A stretch of DNA of 64,000 nucleotides from Patescibacteria group bacterium (GTDB lineage: Bacteria > Patescibacteriota > JABMPQ01 > JAQVVF01). Location of the stretch: contig JBAZSC010000001.1 in the NCBI GenBank assembly GCA_041662665.1, forward strand, positions 321,511 to 385,510, read 5' to 3'. This document shows, piece by piece, positions 8,711 to 18,817 of this stretch (its first letter is position 1; every line of letters begins with the position of its first letter). The translations under genes were made by a program, and so were the position numbers. The notes beneath the pieces were generated by a model. That model was given only the letters and a program-made list of their open reading frames with translations, was not told the DNA's origin and did not search any database.

Positions 8711-11605
8711 TTATTTTAAAACATTTGTAAATTCATCGCTCTTTAAGAAATCCTCTTTAATTTGTGGGATTGTCTTATTGCTTTCTGCCCAATAATCAAC
8801 TCCAGCAACATCAGCAGGCCTTGAATACAATGTTTCATATAGTTCAGCAATTGCTGCTTTTCTGCCATTATCTTTTTCAATTGTTTCTAGTCTATTATTG
8901 TATTCAAAACTATTTGCCAAATCTTCGCGCATTCTTTTTTGAGAATCCTTGAAAGTATCAACTAAATAATTTACACCGCCTTGATCACCACCACGTTTCA
9001 AAACAACATTGTAAGAAAATTCTGCATTCGCTTCATTTTTTGCTGCAAATAATTCTTGCAATTCATTTCTTGATTCAGTGCTTGCGCTAATTGCAAATTT
9101 TACGCCTTCTCTGGAAATTCTATCTCTGGATCTTATTTTTGTCATTTGTCGATACCAATAATTTACTCCATCATCATCTGCGAATTTATACAAATTATCG
9201 TCATAAATTCTATCTAAACTTTTTTTATATAGCCAAGTTACTAATTTTTTAGTTACTTTTTTCTTATTTAAATAATTATTAAATTCTTTGTATTTTCGAT
9301 CATTTAACATCATAAATCTAATGCCAGGCAAGGTGATATTAGTATCGTACCAGAAATTTACGCCGCCATCTTGGACTTTTGCAAAATCATATTCTTTATT
9401 TAAATCATATTTTCTATCAAAGATCCAATTGTAATAATAGAGGATTGTTCTTTTTCTATTTAAAGTTAAAAATGTACCAAGAGTTGTTTTCTTTTCGCTA
9501 TCCAAGAAAATTCCTTTATCTCCAATAGAAAAGCGATAATAATATTTCATTCTGCCATCATTAAAGCCATCTTGATTAAATCCATCTTTTTCACCGCCTT
9601 GTAAATCTCTTAATACCGCATAATATTTATTTGCTTTACTATCAAAATATACCTTTGCATTTTTATCAAGATTATTCTTGTCAGTTCCATAATTAAATTT
9701 AAGATTATTGCTATCAAGAGCATTATCTAGTTTATTATTTGCATCAGTATCATTGCCAGAAATCTCTGCAATAACTCGATTTGCGCCTCTATAGATGTAT
9801 GTTGTTGTACCGGAAATATCACCATTTGGATTTGGATCATTTGGATCAGGTAATGGAGGATTAGGATCACCAGGTCCGTCAGGTCCATCAGGATCAACTT
9901 CGTCAGTTTTTGTAGCTGTGTAAGAAATATCTAAGTTATCAATATTTAAATATGTATTTGGAATAACCAAAATAGAAAATTCTTTTCTAGCCACTAATAC
10001 AGGAATTCCACCAGATATTATATAGGAAACTCTTATTTTTCCAAAACCAGATTTTTTTCCATTCATTGATACTCCAACTAACGGAAGGTTAGAAAGTTGT
10101 CCAACACGTTGAGAAGCGCTAACATTTTTGTTTTCTTTCGTATTATCAAAGACCTGAACAATATCCGGAGTCAAGCTTTCAATCGTTACATTTGCTTTTT
10201 CAAATCGTGAATCTATGTCATTAGGACCTAAATCTGGCCAAAAAGATTTTTCTAAAAAATAAAATTCTTTAGTTGCATCAGGGCTTGCGACTAAAATTCC
10301 TCCTGGTACTAAATCTTTTTCCAGCATTGGATTTTCGTCACTATTTTGATTTATATTAAAAACTTCAGAACCTGTCATTCCAATTTCAAAATTATCAGCA
10401 GCTCCGCCATTTTCAAAATTTTCATTTTCTTGAAGATTTTCAGCTTGTGCGAGAACTTGTGAATGAAGACCAGTTTCATCAGACTGAATAATTGCTGCCC
10501 ATTTTAGTTCATTACCATCAGAATTAGTGAAATCATAACGAAAACCTTTGCCTGGCATTTTATCTATCCAATTGTCAGATTCATTTGAGATATTATTCCA
10601 GTTTGTTCCGTCATTTGAAAAACTGGATGGAGTATACCAAGTCGCTCCATTATCATTAGAAGCTAATAAAATGATTGTTCCTTTTATATTTTTAGGGCTA
10701 TTTGGCAACAAGATACCGTCAATATCTGCTATTTTTAAATTAATTTCTGCAGATTTTATATTATAATTATCATTTAAATTAGTTGAAATATTCTTTGATA
10801 CAGTCAAGCCTTGGATAAATCTAGTATCCAAAATTTGATTTGTTGGATCAAAAATATCAAAACCAGAATTTTGCACTGGAAATTTATAATTATCTTTGTA
10901 TTCTCCGCAAGCGCTTAGTTGCAAAGTTGCTTCCGAATCAGGAGAAATCGGCAAAATACGCGGTTTTTTTGTTCCATAAAAATCATTATAGACAATTGCT
11001 GAAACAGGCGTCTGTGAATCAATCATTGCTAATGCATTTGGATTATTTTCGCCGTTGTCTCTTCTTGCTGTTAAATTAAGATCATATGGTAATGTTGTAT
11101 ATTGTCCTAAATGTGCATCATCAAAATTTAAAACTTGTTCTTGAAGTTGTACATTATTTTTAGTCAAAGGACTAGCTATGATAGTGGCCATTTGCGAAAG
11201 AGAAATATCATTTGTACAAGTGTCATTTGAACAAAAGGTACCGCAAAGTTGTTTTGTGTAGTTAACATTTCGATCTAAAGGAGCATTTTGCCTTTTTAGA
11301 TTTATCAAGACATTTGGTTTTAAAACATCTCTGCCACCTTCAACAACCATTTGTGCATCAGTTTTAGTTTGATCAATATTATTATTGTTCGCAAAGCTTT
11401 CCAAAAAACTGCATTTAAATGTTCCATCATCTTGAGTCTGGCATCCAGAGGGTGGAATAATTCCAGCGAAAAAAATCGCAGTTCCAATTGCTGTTATCAC
11501 AACCAGAGCAGTAACAATACCAACTACAACTCTTGATCGAGTAGAAACTCTAGTCTTTGTTTGGATGCTTTCTATTAGATTATTCGTATTGTTTTTGTTG
11601 TTCAT
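8711..11605 (-). CDS. Giant N-terminally anchored surface protein, paralog 3 (Pro/Asp-rich linker, DUF4214-like C-terminal repeats)
   Basis: 964-aa ORF with an N-terminal TM helix and the linker DPDGPDGPGDPNPPLPDPNDPNPNGD. The C-terminal block is near-colinear with paralog 2 (RMKYYYRFSIGDKG, TLNRKRTILYYYNWIFDRKYDL, ELYETLYSRPADVAGVDYW). Confidence 0.8.
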   Translation of the reverse strand: MNNKNNTNNLIESIQTKTRVSTRSRVVVGIVTALVVITAIGTAIFFAGIIPPSGCQTQDDGTFKCSFLESFANNNNIDQTKTDAQMVVEGGRDVLKPNVLINLKRQNAPLDRNVNYTKQLCGTFCSNDTCTNDISLSQMATIIASPLTKNNVQLQEQVLNFDDAHLGQYTTLPYDLNLTARRDNGENNPNALAMIDSQTPVSAIVYNDFYGTKKPRILPISPDSEATLQLSACGEYKDNYKFPVQNSGFDIFDPTNQILDTRFIQGLTVSKNISTNLNDNYNIKSAEINLKIADIDGILLPNSPKNIKGTIILLASNDNGATWYTPSSFSNDGTNWNNISNESDNWIDKMPGKGFRYDFTNSDGNELKWAAIIQSDETGLHSQVLAQAENLQENENFENGGAADNFEIGMTGSEVFNINQNSDENPMLEKDLVPGGILVASPDATKEFYFLEKSFWPDLGPNDIDSRFEKANVTIESLTPDIVQVFDNTKENKNVSASQRVGQLSNLPLVGVSMNGKKSGFGKIRVSYIISGGIPVLVARKEFSILVIPNTYLNIDNLDISYTATKTDEVDPDGPDGPGDPNPPLPDPNDPNPNGDISGTTTYIYRGANRVIAEISGNDTDANNKLDNALDSNNLKFNYGTDKNNLDKNAKVYFDSKANKYYAVLRDLQGGEKDGFNQDGFNDGRMKYYYRFSIGDKGIFLDSEKKTTLGTFLTLNRKRTILYYYNWIFDRKYDLNKEYDFAKVQDGGVNFWYDTNITLPGIRFMMLNDRKYKEFNNYLNKKKVTKKLVTWLYKKSLDRIYDDNLYKFADDDGVNYWYRQMTKIRSRDRISREGVKFAISASTESRNELQELFAAKNEANAEFSYNVVLKRGGDQGGVNYLVDTFKDSQKRMREDLANSFEYNNRLETIEKDNGRKAAIAELYETLYSRPADVAGVDYWAESNKTIPQIKEDFLKSDEFTNVLK

Positions 11606-11721
11606 TTAATTATTTTAAAAATATAATGCTTATACAAAATTAATAAATCCAAACTAAACTAAAAGTTTGTACTAAAAAATTATTTGAGAACAAAATTTAA
11701 ATTTTTTATAAACTTTATAAA

Positions 11722-12021
11722 CTAGGAATTTTCGATAGGTTTGCTAATTTCTTTTACAACTCTTCTAGCTCTTTTTTTAAATTCATTTACTCCAGTTTTT
11801 GTTTGCTCTGAAATTTCTTGCGCTTTTTTCATGCCTGCTTCTTTTAATTCATCAGCTTTTTCCATTCCAGCTTCTTTCCATTCATTAGCTTTTTTCTTAA
11901 TATCTTCTCTAGTTTCTTTTCCTGATTTTGGCGCATATAAAATTCCTAAGGCAGCTCCAATTAAAGCGCCTAAAACGATTCCTCCGATTAAACTGCCACC
12001 GTTGCAATTGTTGCATGACAT
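11722..12021 (-). CDS. YtxH-like small membrane/stress protein
   Basis: The Gly-rich N-terminus GGIVLGALIGAALGILYAPKSGKETREDIKKK matches the YtxH signature. It is followed by a K/E-rich helix. Confidence 0.65.
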   Translation of the reverse strand: MSCNNCNGGSLIGGIVLGALIGAALGILYAPKSGKETREDIKKKANEWKEAGMEKADELKEAGMKKAQEISEQTKTGVNEFKKRARRVVKEISKPIENS

Positions 12022-12143
12022 AATGTTTGTTTTAATTTTTAAATTCTAATTAATAATTTCTATCTAATTTCTAATTAATTAATTTTCAATTCAATTTAAT
12101 GTTTGTTAAAAAATTAGAAATTGAAAATTAGAAATTTAGTAAT

Positions 12144-12449
12144 TTATTCTTGTTTAAAAGCTCCTACGATATTTCTAACTTTTTTAAAAACTTGCGAAAC
12201 AGATGCAATTGGTTTTAATAAATTGTTATTGATATCTTGGATCGTTGTTGTTAAACCATTAACTGTAGTTGTCAAATCGCGAACCATTGGATCAATTTCG
12301 TTTAATTTTCTGTTGACATCTTCAACAGTTTTTTTTGATTCTTGGACAATCTTTGTAAGATTGAATACAAGATGACACAAGAATCCTGTAAATGCCAAAA
12401 TTGCTATGCTCGACGCAATAAGCAAAATGTCGTTGCTTGTTTCTAACAT
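12144..12449 (-). CDS. DUF948-like membrane protein
   Basis: 101 aa with an N-terminal TM helix followed by a helical region. It is adjacent to a YtxH-like gene, a pairing common in other bacteria. Confidence 0.55.
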   Translation of the reverse strand: MLETSNDILLIASSIAILAFTGFLCHLVFNLTKIVQESKKTVEDVNRKLNEIDPMVRDLTTTVNGLTTTIQDINNNLLKPIASVSQVFKKVRNIVGAFKQE

Positions 12450-12620
12450 GTGTTTAATTGTTAATTTGTTTTAATAAAACATTTATTACATATATAATAA
12501 CATGATTAAATATAGTCAACAACTGTTGATAACCCGAGATTGTTTTATTGTTTTTTTGTTTTATTGTTTTTTATGTAAAATTATGTTATTTTAAAATCAA
12601 AATAAATATAAACAAAAATT

Positions 12621-13466
12621 ATGGCCAAACAAATTCCACATGAAGAATATATAGAATATGAACAAAAGCAAGTTTCAAAAGATTTTGATCGAAAAAGAAT
12701 GATTTTGAAATATGAAAAAACTGTTATGATAGCAATAATTGTTGTAGTTGTTTTAATTGTTTCGGCAACAATTGGTTTTCTAGTCTATCGCCAAAACAAA
12801 CCAATCGAAAATCAGGCAATCAATCAAACTGTTGAAGCTCCTCCAGCAGGTTTTGCAATCACTACCAAACAAGTTGACATTATAAAAGAAAGTGAAAATA
12901 AATATGATGCTTTTCTTAGAGTTGTTGATTCTGACCAGAATTGGGGAGTGTCAAAATTAGATTATAAAATTTCGTTGAAAGGAGCTGACAAAAGTGTTGT
13001 TGGCGAAAGAACAGGAGTAACCTACATTTTGCCAAATCAAGAAAAATCAATTATTGAACTTGGAATTGATACTACAGCAGCAGCAGCCTCAGTTACAACT
13101 GATTTACAAATTAAAGAAGTTCAAAAATTAACTGAATCGCCAGCATTAAATTTTACAACCGAAAATTTAGCTTATCAGGTCGCGGATAACAAAAGCAAAG
13201 TTACTGGCACAATTGTCAATCAAACACTTTTTGGTTTTCCTGAAATTATGATTAATGTCTTAGTTTATGAAGAAAATAAATTAGTTGGCTATAATTATAC
13301 AACTGTCAATGATTTGACTCCAAATCAAAAAAGAGATTTTACAGTTTTCTGGCGCAAAGATCTCAATGTTAAAAATCCCAAAATAGTAGTTGAACCATAC
13401 GTTAATCCATTTAATTCTCAGCCATTCTTAGATATTTACAGTCAAGGACAGATGCTGGAATATTAA
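12621..13466 (+). CDS. Hypothetical single-pass membrane protein
   Basis: 281-aa ORF with a TM helix (VMIAIIVVVVLIVSATIGFLVY). I recognise no family. Confidence 0.55.
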   Translation: MAKQIPHEEYIEYEQKQVSKDFDRKRMILKYEKTVMIAIIVVVVLIVSATIGFLVYRQNKPIENQAINQTVEAPPAGFAITTKQVDIIKESENKYDAFLRVVDSDQNWGVSKLDYKISLKGADKSVVGERTGVTYILPNQEKSIIELGIDTTAAAASVTTDLQIKEVQKLTESPALNFTTENLAYQVADNKSKVTGTIVNQTLFGFPEIMINVLVYEENKLVGYNYTTVNDLTPNQKRDFTVFWRKDLNVKNPKIVVEPYVNPFNSQPFLDIYSQGQMLEY

Positions 13467-13545
13467 CCATTAACAATTAACCTTTAACCTTTAACTTTTA
13501 ACAGCTGGTGTTAACTGTTGATTGTTAATTGTTAACTGTTGAATC

Positions 13546-14646
13546 GTGCTCAAGTTTCTCCAAATTTTTAAAAAACTTGATTGGTTTTTATTTTCGTCAA
13601 TGATTTTATTGGCGATTTTAGGTTTAGCAGCAATTATTAGCACTACTTATCAGCAAGGATTGCAGGATTTTGTTATTAAGCAAATTATTGCAGTGATCTT
13701 AGGCCTAGTCTTATTTTTTATATTAATAATATTAGATTATCGAATTTTTCAAAGCTATGCATATATTCTTTATGCCTTTTTCACAATTTCATTAGTTTTA
13801 GTACTTTTTTTCGGTACAATTTTTCAAGGTACAAAAGGCTGGTTTAATCTCGGATTCTTTCAGTTTCAGCCAGCAGAGTTTATAAAAATTGCCTTGATTA
13901 TTATTTTAGCTCGATATTTTGTCTATGCAAAAAAACAAAGTATTTTGAAACATGTAATTGTTTCCGGAATTATCATGGCTATTCCTTCCTTCTTAATTAT
14001 GTTGCAACCTGATATGGGTTCAGCATTAGTTCTGGTTGTTATTTGGTTTGGCATGTTGTTGATTTCTGGGTTAAAACGTTCTTATGTTATGACAATTGCC
14101 ATTATTGGTCTTGCACTCGCATCTATTGTCTGGAATTTCTTTTTATATGATTATCAAAAAAATAGAATTACTAGTTTTATTAATCCTGAAAATGATCCAT
14201 TAGGTCAAGGTTATAACATGATTCAAGCCAAAATTGCCATTGGTTCAGGTGAATTGTCTGGTCAAGGTTTAGGCCATGGCAGTCAAAGTCAATTAAAATT
14301 TTTGCCAGCCCAGCATACCGATTTTATTTATGCTGTAATTTGCGAAGAACTTGGTTTTATTGGCAGCGCATTTTTATTAGTTTTATTTTTCGTACTTATC
14401 TTTAGAATTCTAAGAACAGCTATGAAAGCGCGCGATGAATTTGGATTAATGGTTTGTTGTGGTATTGCAATTGGTTTCACTTTTCAGATTCTTGTTAATA
14501 TTGGAATGAATTTAAGTATAATGCCAATTGCTGGAGTTCCATTGCCATTAGTTAGCTATGGAGGTAGCGCCATGATTGCCAGCATGATTTCATTAGGAAT
14601 CGTTCAAAGCATCTTTGTAAGAATTAAAGGACTAGAATTCAAATAG
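13546..14646 (+). CDS. SEDS family peptidoglycan polymerase (FtsW/RodA/SpoVE family)
   Basis: 366 aa and polytopic. Conserved blocks are FQPAEFIKIALIIILA, LQPDMGSALV, TDFIYAVICEELGFIG and PLPLVSYGGSAM. Confidence 0.85.
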   Translation: MLKFLQIFKKLDWFLFSSMILLAILGLAAIISTTYQQGLQDFVIKQIIAVILGLVLFFILIILDYRIFQSYAYILYAFFTISLVLVLFFGTIFQGTKGWFNLGFFQFQPAEFIKIALIIILARYFVYAKKQSILKHVIVSGIIMAIPSFLIMLQPDMGSALVLVVIWFGMLLISGLKRSYVMTIAIIGLALASIVWNFFLYDYQKNRITSFINPENDPLGQGYNMIQAKIAIGSGELSGQGLGHGSQSQLKFLPAQHTDFIYAVICEELGFIGSAFLLVLFFVLIFRILRTAMKARDEFGLMVCCGIAIGFTFQILVNIGMNLSIMPIAGVPLPLVSYGGSAMIASMISLGIVQSIFVRIKGLEFK

Positions 14647-14716
14647 TTGTCAAAATTGTTTTATTGTTTTATTATTAAATTGTTATGGGAACTTCTAGTT
14701 TAACCGATTTTTATTT

Positions 14717-15052
14717 ATGCTAAATAACTCTAAAAAAGAATCATCATTTTTAGATAAAGTCAAATGGTTATCCATTTGTCCATTTTGTAATACAAAATTC
14801 AGTATTGATCAAGCCAGAATTATTTCTGAAAAAAAGGATTCTTTCCTTTTACATGCTTATTGCCAAAAGTGCAAATGTTCAGTTTTAGCGAGTTTAATAG
14901 CTAATCCGATGGGTATTAGTTCTATTGGCCTAGTTACTGATTTAACATATGAAGATGTCTTAAGATTCAAAAAGGCAAGTGAAATAAATTCTGATGACAT
15001 TATTTGTGCATATCAAGATCTATCAAAAACAAAATATAAATTTAAAAATTAG
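14717..15052 (+). CDS. Hypothetical zinc-ribbon protein
   Basis: 111-aa ORF with the CPFC ... CQKCKC cysteine pairs. Confidence 0.45.
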   Translation: MLNNSKKESSFLDKVKWLSICPFCNTKFSIDQARIISEKKDSFLLHAYCQKCKCSVLASLIANPMGISSIGLVTDLTYEDVLRFKKASEINSDDIICAYQDLSKTKYKFKN

Positions 15053-15200
15053 TATTGCCAAAAAAAATAAAGATGCTATACTTATTCATGATTGATTTTG
15101 CGAAAAATAGTCTTTTTATTTTTATTAAATTTATAATTGTTAGCGGTTCTTAAGTTAAACTAATTCTGTTAACTGTTAACTGTTAACTGTTTACTAATCT

Positions 15201-15902
15201 ATGTCAGAACCAAAATTAGAAGCAAAGACCAGAGACCTAAAAAAATCTTTGAATGAATCTAGAAAAAACAAGATGATTCCAGCTGTTTTGTATGGAAAAA
15301 ATTTCAAACCATTACACATTGAGCTAAAATACAATAATTTCGTTAAGATTTATAAAGAAGAAGGCGAGAGTACAATTATTGCTTTGGATATTGATGGCAA
15401 AAAAGAAAACGCTCTTATTAAGGATGTTCAATTTGATCCGATCAAAGATACTGTTATTCATATTGACTTTTTAAGAGTTGACATGAATCAAAAAATCACT
15501 GCAAATGTTGAATTAAAATTTATCGGTCTATCAAAAGCTGTTAAAGATTTAGAAGGTATTTTAGTCAAAAATATCAATGAAATTGAAGTTGAATGTTTGC
15601 CAGCTAATTTGCCAAAAGAAATAATCGTTGATATTTCATCTCTTAACACATTTGAAGACGTTATTAAAATAAAAGATCTTCCTCTTCCTCAAGATGTTCA
15701 TACAGCATTAGATCAAGAAGAAGTTGTCGCAACAGTAACTCCTCCTCGTTCAGAAGCAGAGCTTGAATCTTTAAAAGAAGATGTTGAAGAAGATGTTGAA
15801 AAAGTAGAAGGTGTTAAAAAGGAAGAGCCAGAAGCAAAAGAAGAAGCTACAGAAACAGAAAGCAAAGCTGTTCCAGAAAAAAAAGAAGCTAAAAAAGAAT
15901 AA
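15201..15902 (+). CDS. rplY: 50S ribosomal protein L25/Ctc-type with acidic C-terminal tail
   Basis: IPAVLYGK ... ALIKDVQFDPIKDTVIHIDFLRV is typical of the L25/Ctc family. Confidence 0.85.
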   Translation: MSEPKLEAKTRDLKKSLNESRKNKMIPAVLYGKNFKPLHIELKYNNFVKIYKEEGESTIIALDIDGKKENALIKDVQFDPIKDTVIHIDFLRVDMNQKITANVELKFIGLSKAVKDLEGILVKNINEIEVECLPANLPKEIIVDISSLNTFEDVIKIKDLPLPQDVHTALDQEEVVATVTPPRSEAELESLKEDVEEDVEKVEGVKKEEPEAKEEATETESKAVPEKKEAKKE

Positions 15903-15952
15903 TTAAAAAGGCAAAAGCCAGATCATGGTTTTTGCCTTTATTTTTATAAAAG

Positions 15953-16213
15953 ATGCCTCAAAAACAAATAATCACACCGAAAGAATTTTCTGCTATTCGG
16001 CTTTCATTACAGTTTGGCTATACGATTATAATTCCTTTAATAATTTTTTTACTGATTGGCATTTTTCTTGATAATCGGTTCAAGACATCACCATTATTCA
16101 TTTTTATTGGTGTTATTCTCTCGATAGTTATCTCGACAATCGGTATCTATAAAGCAATTTTACCTTTTTTGGAAATATCTAAAAAAGATAATAATCCTAA
16201 AGATAAAAAATAA
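15953..16213 (+). CDS. Small membrane protein at the head of the atp operon (AtpZ/AtpI-like)
   Basis: 86 aa with two TM helices, located immediately upstream of atpB. Confidence 0.5.
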   Translation: MPQKQIITPKEFSAIRLSLQFGYTIIIPLIIFLLIGIFLDNRFKTSPLFIFIGVILSIVISTIGIYKAILPFLEISKKDNNPKDKK

Positions 16214-16247
16214 ATAGGGAACAAGAAATTTTGTTCCAGATAAATAT

Positions 16248-17165
16248 ATGAAGATATCTTTAGTCGCAGAAGAATTATTTCATATCGGAGGTTTTCCTAT
16301 TACTAATACTCTAATTGTTTCTTGGATTGTAATGGCTGTTTTGGTTATTGTTTCAATTTTAGCGACTAGAAACATGAAGCTTGTTCCAACTGGTTTACAA
16401 AATTTGATGGAAACAGTTATCGAAATGCTTTTCAAGCTTTTTAATACAATCACTCAAAGCGAAAAATTGACTCGCAAGTTTTTTCCACTTGTTGCAACTA
16501 TCTTTTTATTTGTAATAATGTCTAATTGGACTGAAGCTTTACCAGGATTAGATAGTATTGGTTTAAAACCACAGCACGAGGTTACAGCTGAAAAAACAGT
16601 TAGCTCTGGCTTGCCAAGTTTAATTGCTATTGTCAAAGCCAGTAAAAATGAAGGACCAGAATCAATCAATGCATACGAGAATGCTGAAAAAGCTGATACT
16701 TTAAATATTGAATCAAAGCCAGGAGAGGAAGATGCCGAAGGTGCAACAGAATCAAAAGCAGAAGAGCACATTATTCCTTTTCTTCGTTCTCCAAGTTCTG
16801 ATTTAAACTTCACTTTAGCGTTAGCTATAATTGCTGTTGTTAGTATTCAAGTTTTTGGAGTTGTCTTGGTTGGCTTTAGAAATTATTCAAAAAAATTCTT
16901 TAATTTTTCTGGCCCAATTCAGTTTGCTGTTGGATTGCTTGAGCTTGTCTCAGAATTTTCAAAATTACTTTCATTCTCTCTTCGTCTCTTTGGCAATATT
17001 TTTGCTGGTGAAGTCTTATTGATTGTTATTTCATTTTTAGTTCCGTATTTAGTTCCAATTCCTTTTATGGGAATGGAATTATTTGTTGGCTTCATTCAAG
17101 CTTTGATTTTTTCAATGTTGACCTTAGTTTTTCTTACAATGGCTGCAACAGCTGAAGAACATTGA
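16248..17165 (+). CDS. atpB: F0F1 ATP synthase subunit a, with a ~70-aa acidic loop insertion
   Basis: Conserved SPSSDLNFTLALAI and LSFSLRLFGNIFAGE motifs. An extra hydrophilic segment (approx nt 16550-16780) precedes the first motif. Confidence 0.85.
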   Translation: MKISLVAEELFHIGGFPITNTLIVSWIVMAVLVIVSILATRNMKLVPTGLQNLMETVIEMLFKLFNTITQSEKLTRKFFPLVATIFLFVIMSNWTEALPGLDSIGLKPQHEVTAEKTVSSGLPSLIAIVKASKNEGPESINAYENAEKADTLNIESKPGEEDAEGATESKAEEHIIPFLRSPSSDLNFTLALAIIAVVSIQVFGVVLVGFRNYSKKFFNFSGPIQFAVGLLELVSEFSKLLSFSLRLFGNIFAGEVLLIVISFLVPYLVPIPFMGMELFVGFIQALIFSMLTLVFLTMAATAEEH

Positions 17166-17316
17166 TTCCAAGTAATTAGCAATCAGTAATTAGTAACTAG
17201 CAACCATTAAAAGTTTTTTGTTACTAATTACGGTTTACCAATTATTAATTCCTAGCAGTCAATTGCCGACTCAAAACAAAAACTTTTAGTCGTAAGCATG
17301 GCTGTTAGACAATAAC

Positions 17317-17544
17317 ATGGATTTAGCAGTAGCAAAGGTCGTGTTCGCTGGCATTACAATTGCCATCGGCGCAGTAGGCCCAGCATTGGGTATCGGATTA
17401 TTGGCTGGAAAAGGTTTGCAAGCGATTGGTCGCAATCCTGAAGCAGCTCCAAAAATTCAAACAGCTATGATTCTAGCTATGGCTTTCACTGAAGCCATCG
17501 CTATTTATGCATTAGTTGTTGCATTGATTATCAAATTCGTTTAG
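17317..17544 (+). CDS. atpE: F0F1 ATP synthase subunit c
   Basis: 75 aa. GIGLLAGKGLQAIGRNPEA ... AFTEAIAIYALVVALI is a typical c-subunit hairpin. Confidence 0.9.
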   Translation: MDLAVAKVVFAGITIAIGAVGPALGIGLLAGKGLQAIGRNPEAAPKIQTAMILAMAFTEAIAIYALVVALIIKFV

Positions 17545-17654
17545 TAAGTTTTACAGATCAGCACAAGTAACAAGATTAGTTACTTGTGCAAATTTGTAAG
17601 AATTGCGTTGAATATTTTTAATTTTTCATTTTTACTTTTTAATTTTTTAAAAAT

Positions 17655-18167
17655 ATGGAAGTCTTTACTCAACTAGGTATCAAGCCATTACTATTAGTAG
17701 CACAAATCATTAATTTTTTAATATTAATGTTTTTATTAAAAAGATTTTTATACAAACCTATTTTAAAAATGCTTGATGACAGAAAAAAGAAAGTTGAAGA
17801 AAGCATGCAACAAGCAAAAGATATTGAACAACAATTGCAGAATGCTGAAAAAATGAAATTAGAAAAGCAGGAAGAGGCAAAAAAGCAAGCTTCCAAAATT
17901 CTTGATCAAGCCAAAAAAGATGCGGAAATGGTCAGAAAAGATATTTTGACAAAATCAGATGATGATGCAAAAAGAGTTATAAAAAAAGCAACTGATGAGA
18001 TGAAAGGCGAAAAAGAAAAAATGTTAAGTGATGTAAAAAAACAAGCTGCTGATCTTACAATGCTTGCTACTCAGACAGTTCTAAAGAAGGGCTTAGATGA
18101 ACAAAGGCAACGTGAATTAATCGGTGAAGCAATCCAAGAAATTGACAATTTTAAAATTAAGTCTTAA
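17655..18167 (+). CDS. atpF: F0F1 ATP synthase subunit b
   Basis: N-terminal TM helix, a long charged helix, and its position in the operon. Confidence 0.8.
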   Translation: MEVFTQLGIKPLLLVAQIINFLILMFLLKRFLYKPILKMLDDRKKKVEESMQQAKDIEQQLQNAEKMKLEKQEEAKKQASKILDQAKKDAEMVRKDILTKSDDDAKRVIKKATDEMKGEKEKMLSDVKKQAADLTMLATQTVLKKGLDEQRQRELIGEAIQEIDNFKIKS

Positions 18168-18178
18168 AGAAAAAATTT

Positions 18179-18718
18179 GTGCAAAAAGGTTTATTAGAAA
18201 TTAAACAATATGTCGAAGCATTTTACAGTCTTGCCAAGCAAGAAAATATTTTGGATAAGATAAATTTAGAATTACAACTTTTTATTGCCAAAGTATCCGA
18301 AGATTTGAAATTAAAAAAATATCTTTCTAATCCAATTGAAAATATTGCTGATAAAAAAGCAACTATTAAAGATTTATTCCAGGATCAATTATCAACTTAT
18401 ACCCATAATTTTATTTACATTTTTTTGAAAAAGAATGAATTAGAAGTTTTAGAATCAGCTCAATTATATTTAGAGAAATTGATTAAGGAAAGACAGAATG
18501 TTATTGACGCCAAAATTGTTTCTGCAATTCCTTTGACAAAAGAAGAAGAAACCCAGATCAAAGAAAAATTAGCTTCTCAAACTAACAAAAAAATTAATTT
18601 AAATATTACTGTCGATCCAAATATTTTAGGCGGCTTAGTTATCCAAACTAAAGACCAAATGATCGATGCCAGTCTTTTAGGCAAAATCAACAATTTAAGA
18701 CATTCAATAGTTGACTAG
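18179..18718 (+). CDS. atpH: F0F1 ATP synthase subunit delta
   Basis: Operon position, plus the C-terminal ILGGLVIQTKDQMIDASL motif typical of OSCP/delta. Confidence 0.75.
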   Translation: MQKGLLEIKQYVEAFYSLAKQENILDKINLELQLFIAKVSEDLKLKKYLSNPIENIADKKATIKDLFQDQLSTYTHNFIYIFLKKNELEVLESAQLYLEKLIKERQNVIDAKIVSAIPLTKEEETQIKEKLASQTNKKINLNITVDPNILGGLVIQTKDQMIDASLLGKINNLRHSIVD

Positions 18719-18817
18719 GGCTTAGTTTCTTAGGTACTTAGGTTTCATTTCCCTAGGTTCCTAAGTACCCAAGCCCTAAGTATCTAAAATAAGTAACTAA
18801 TCTAACACTTTAAATTT

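Noticed and set aside
2652-11605. A diversity-generating retroelement acting on the three surface-protein paralogs.
   Set aside because: I found no reverse transcriptase gene and no template/variable repeat pair with adenine-specific differences. The variable parts are whole unrelated domains, not point-mutated tracts.
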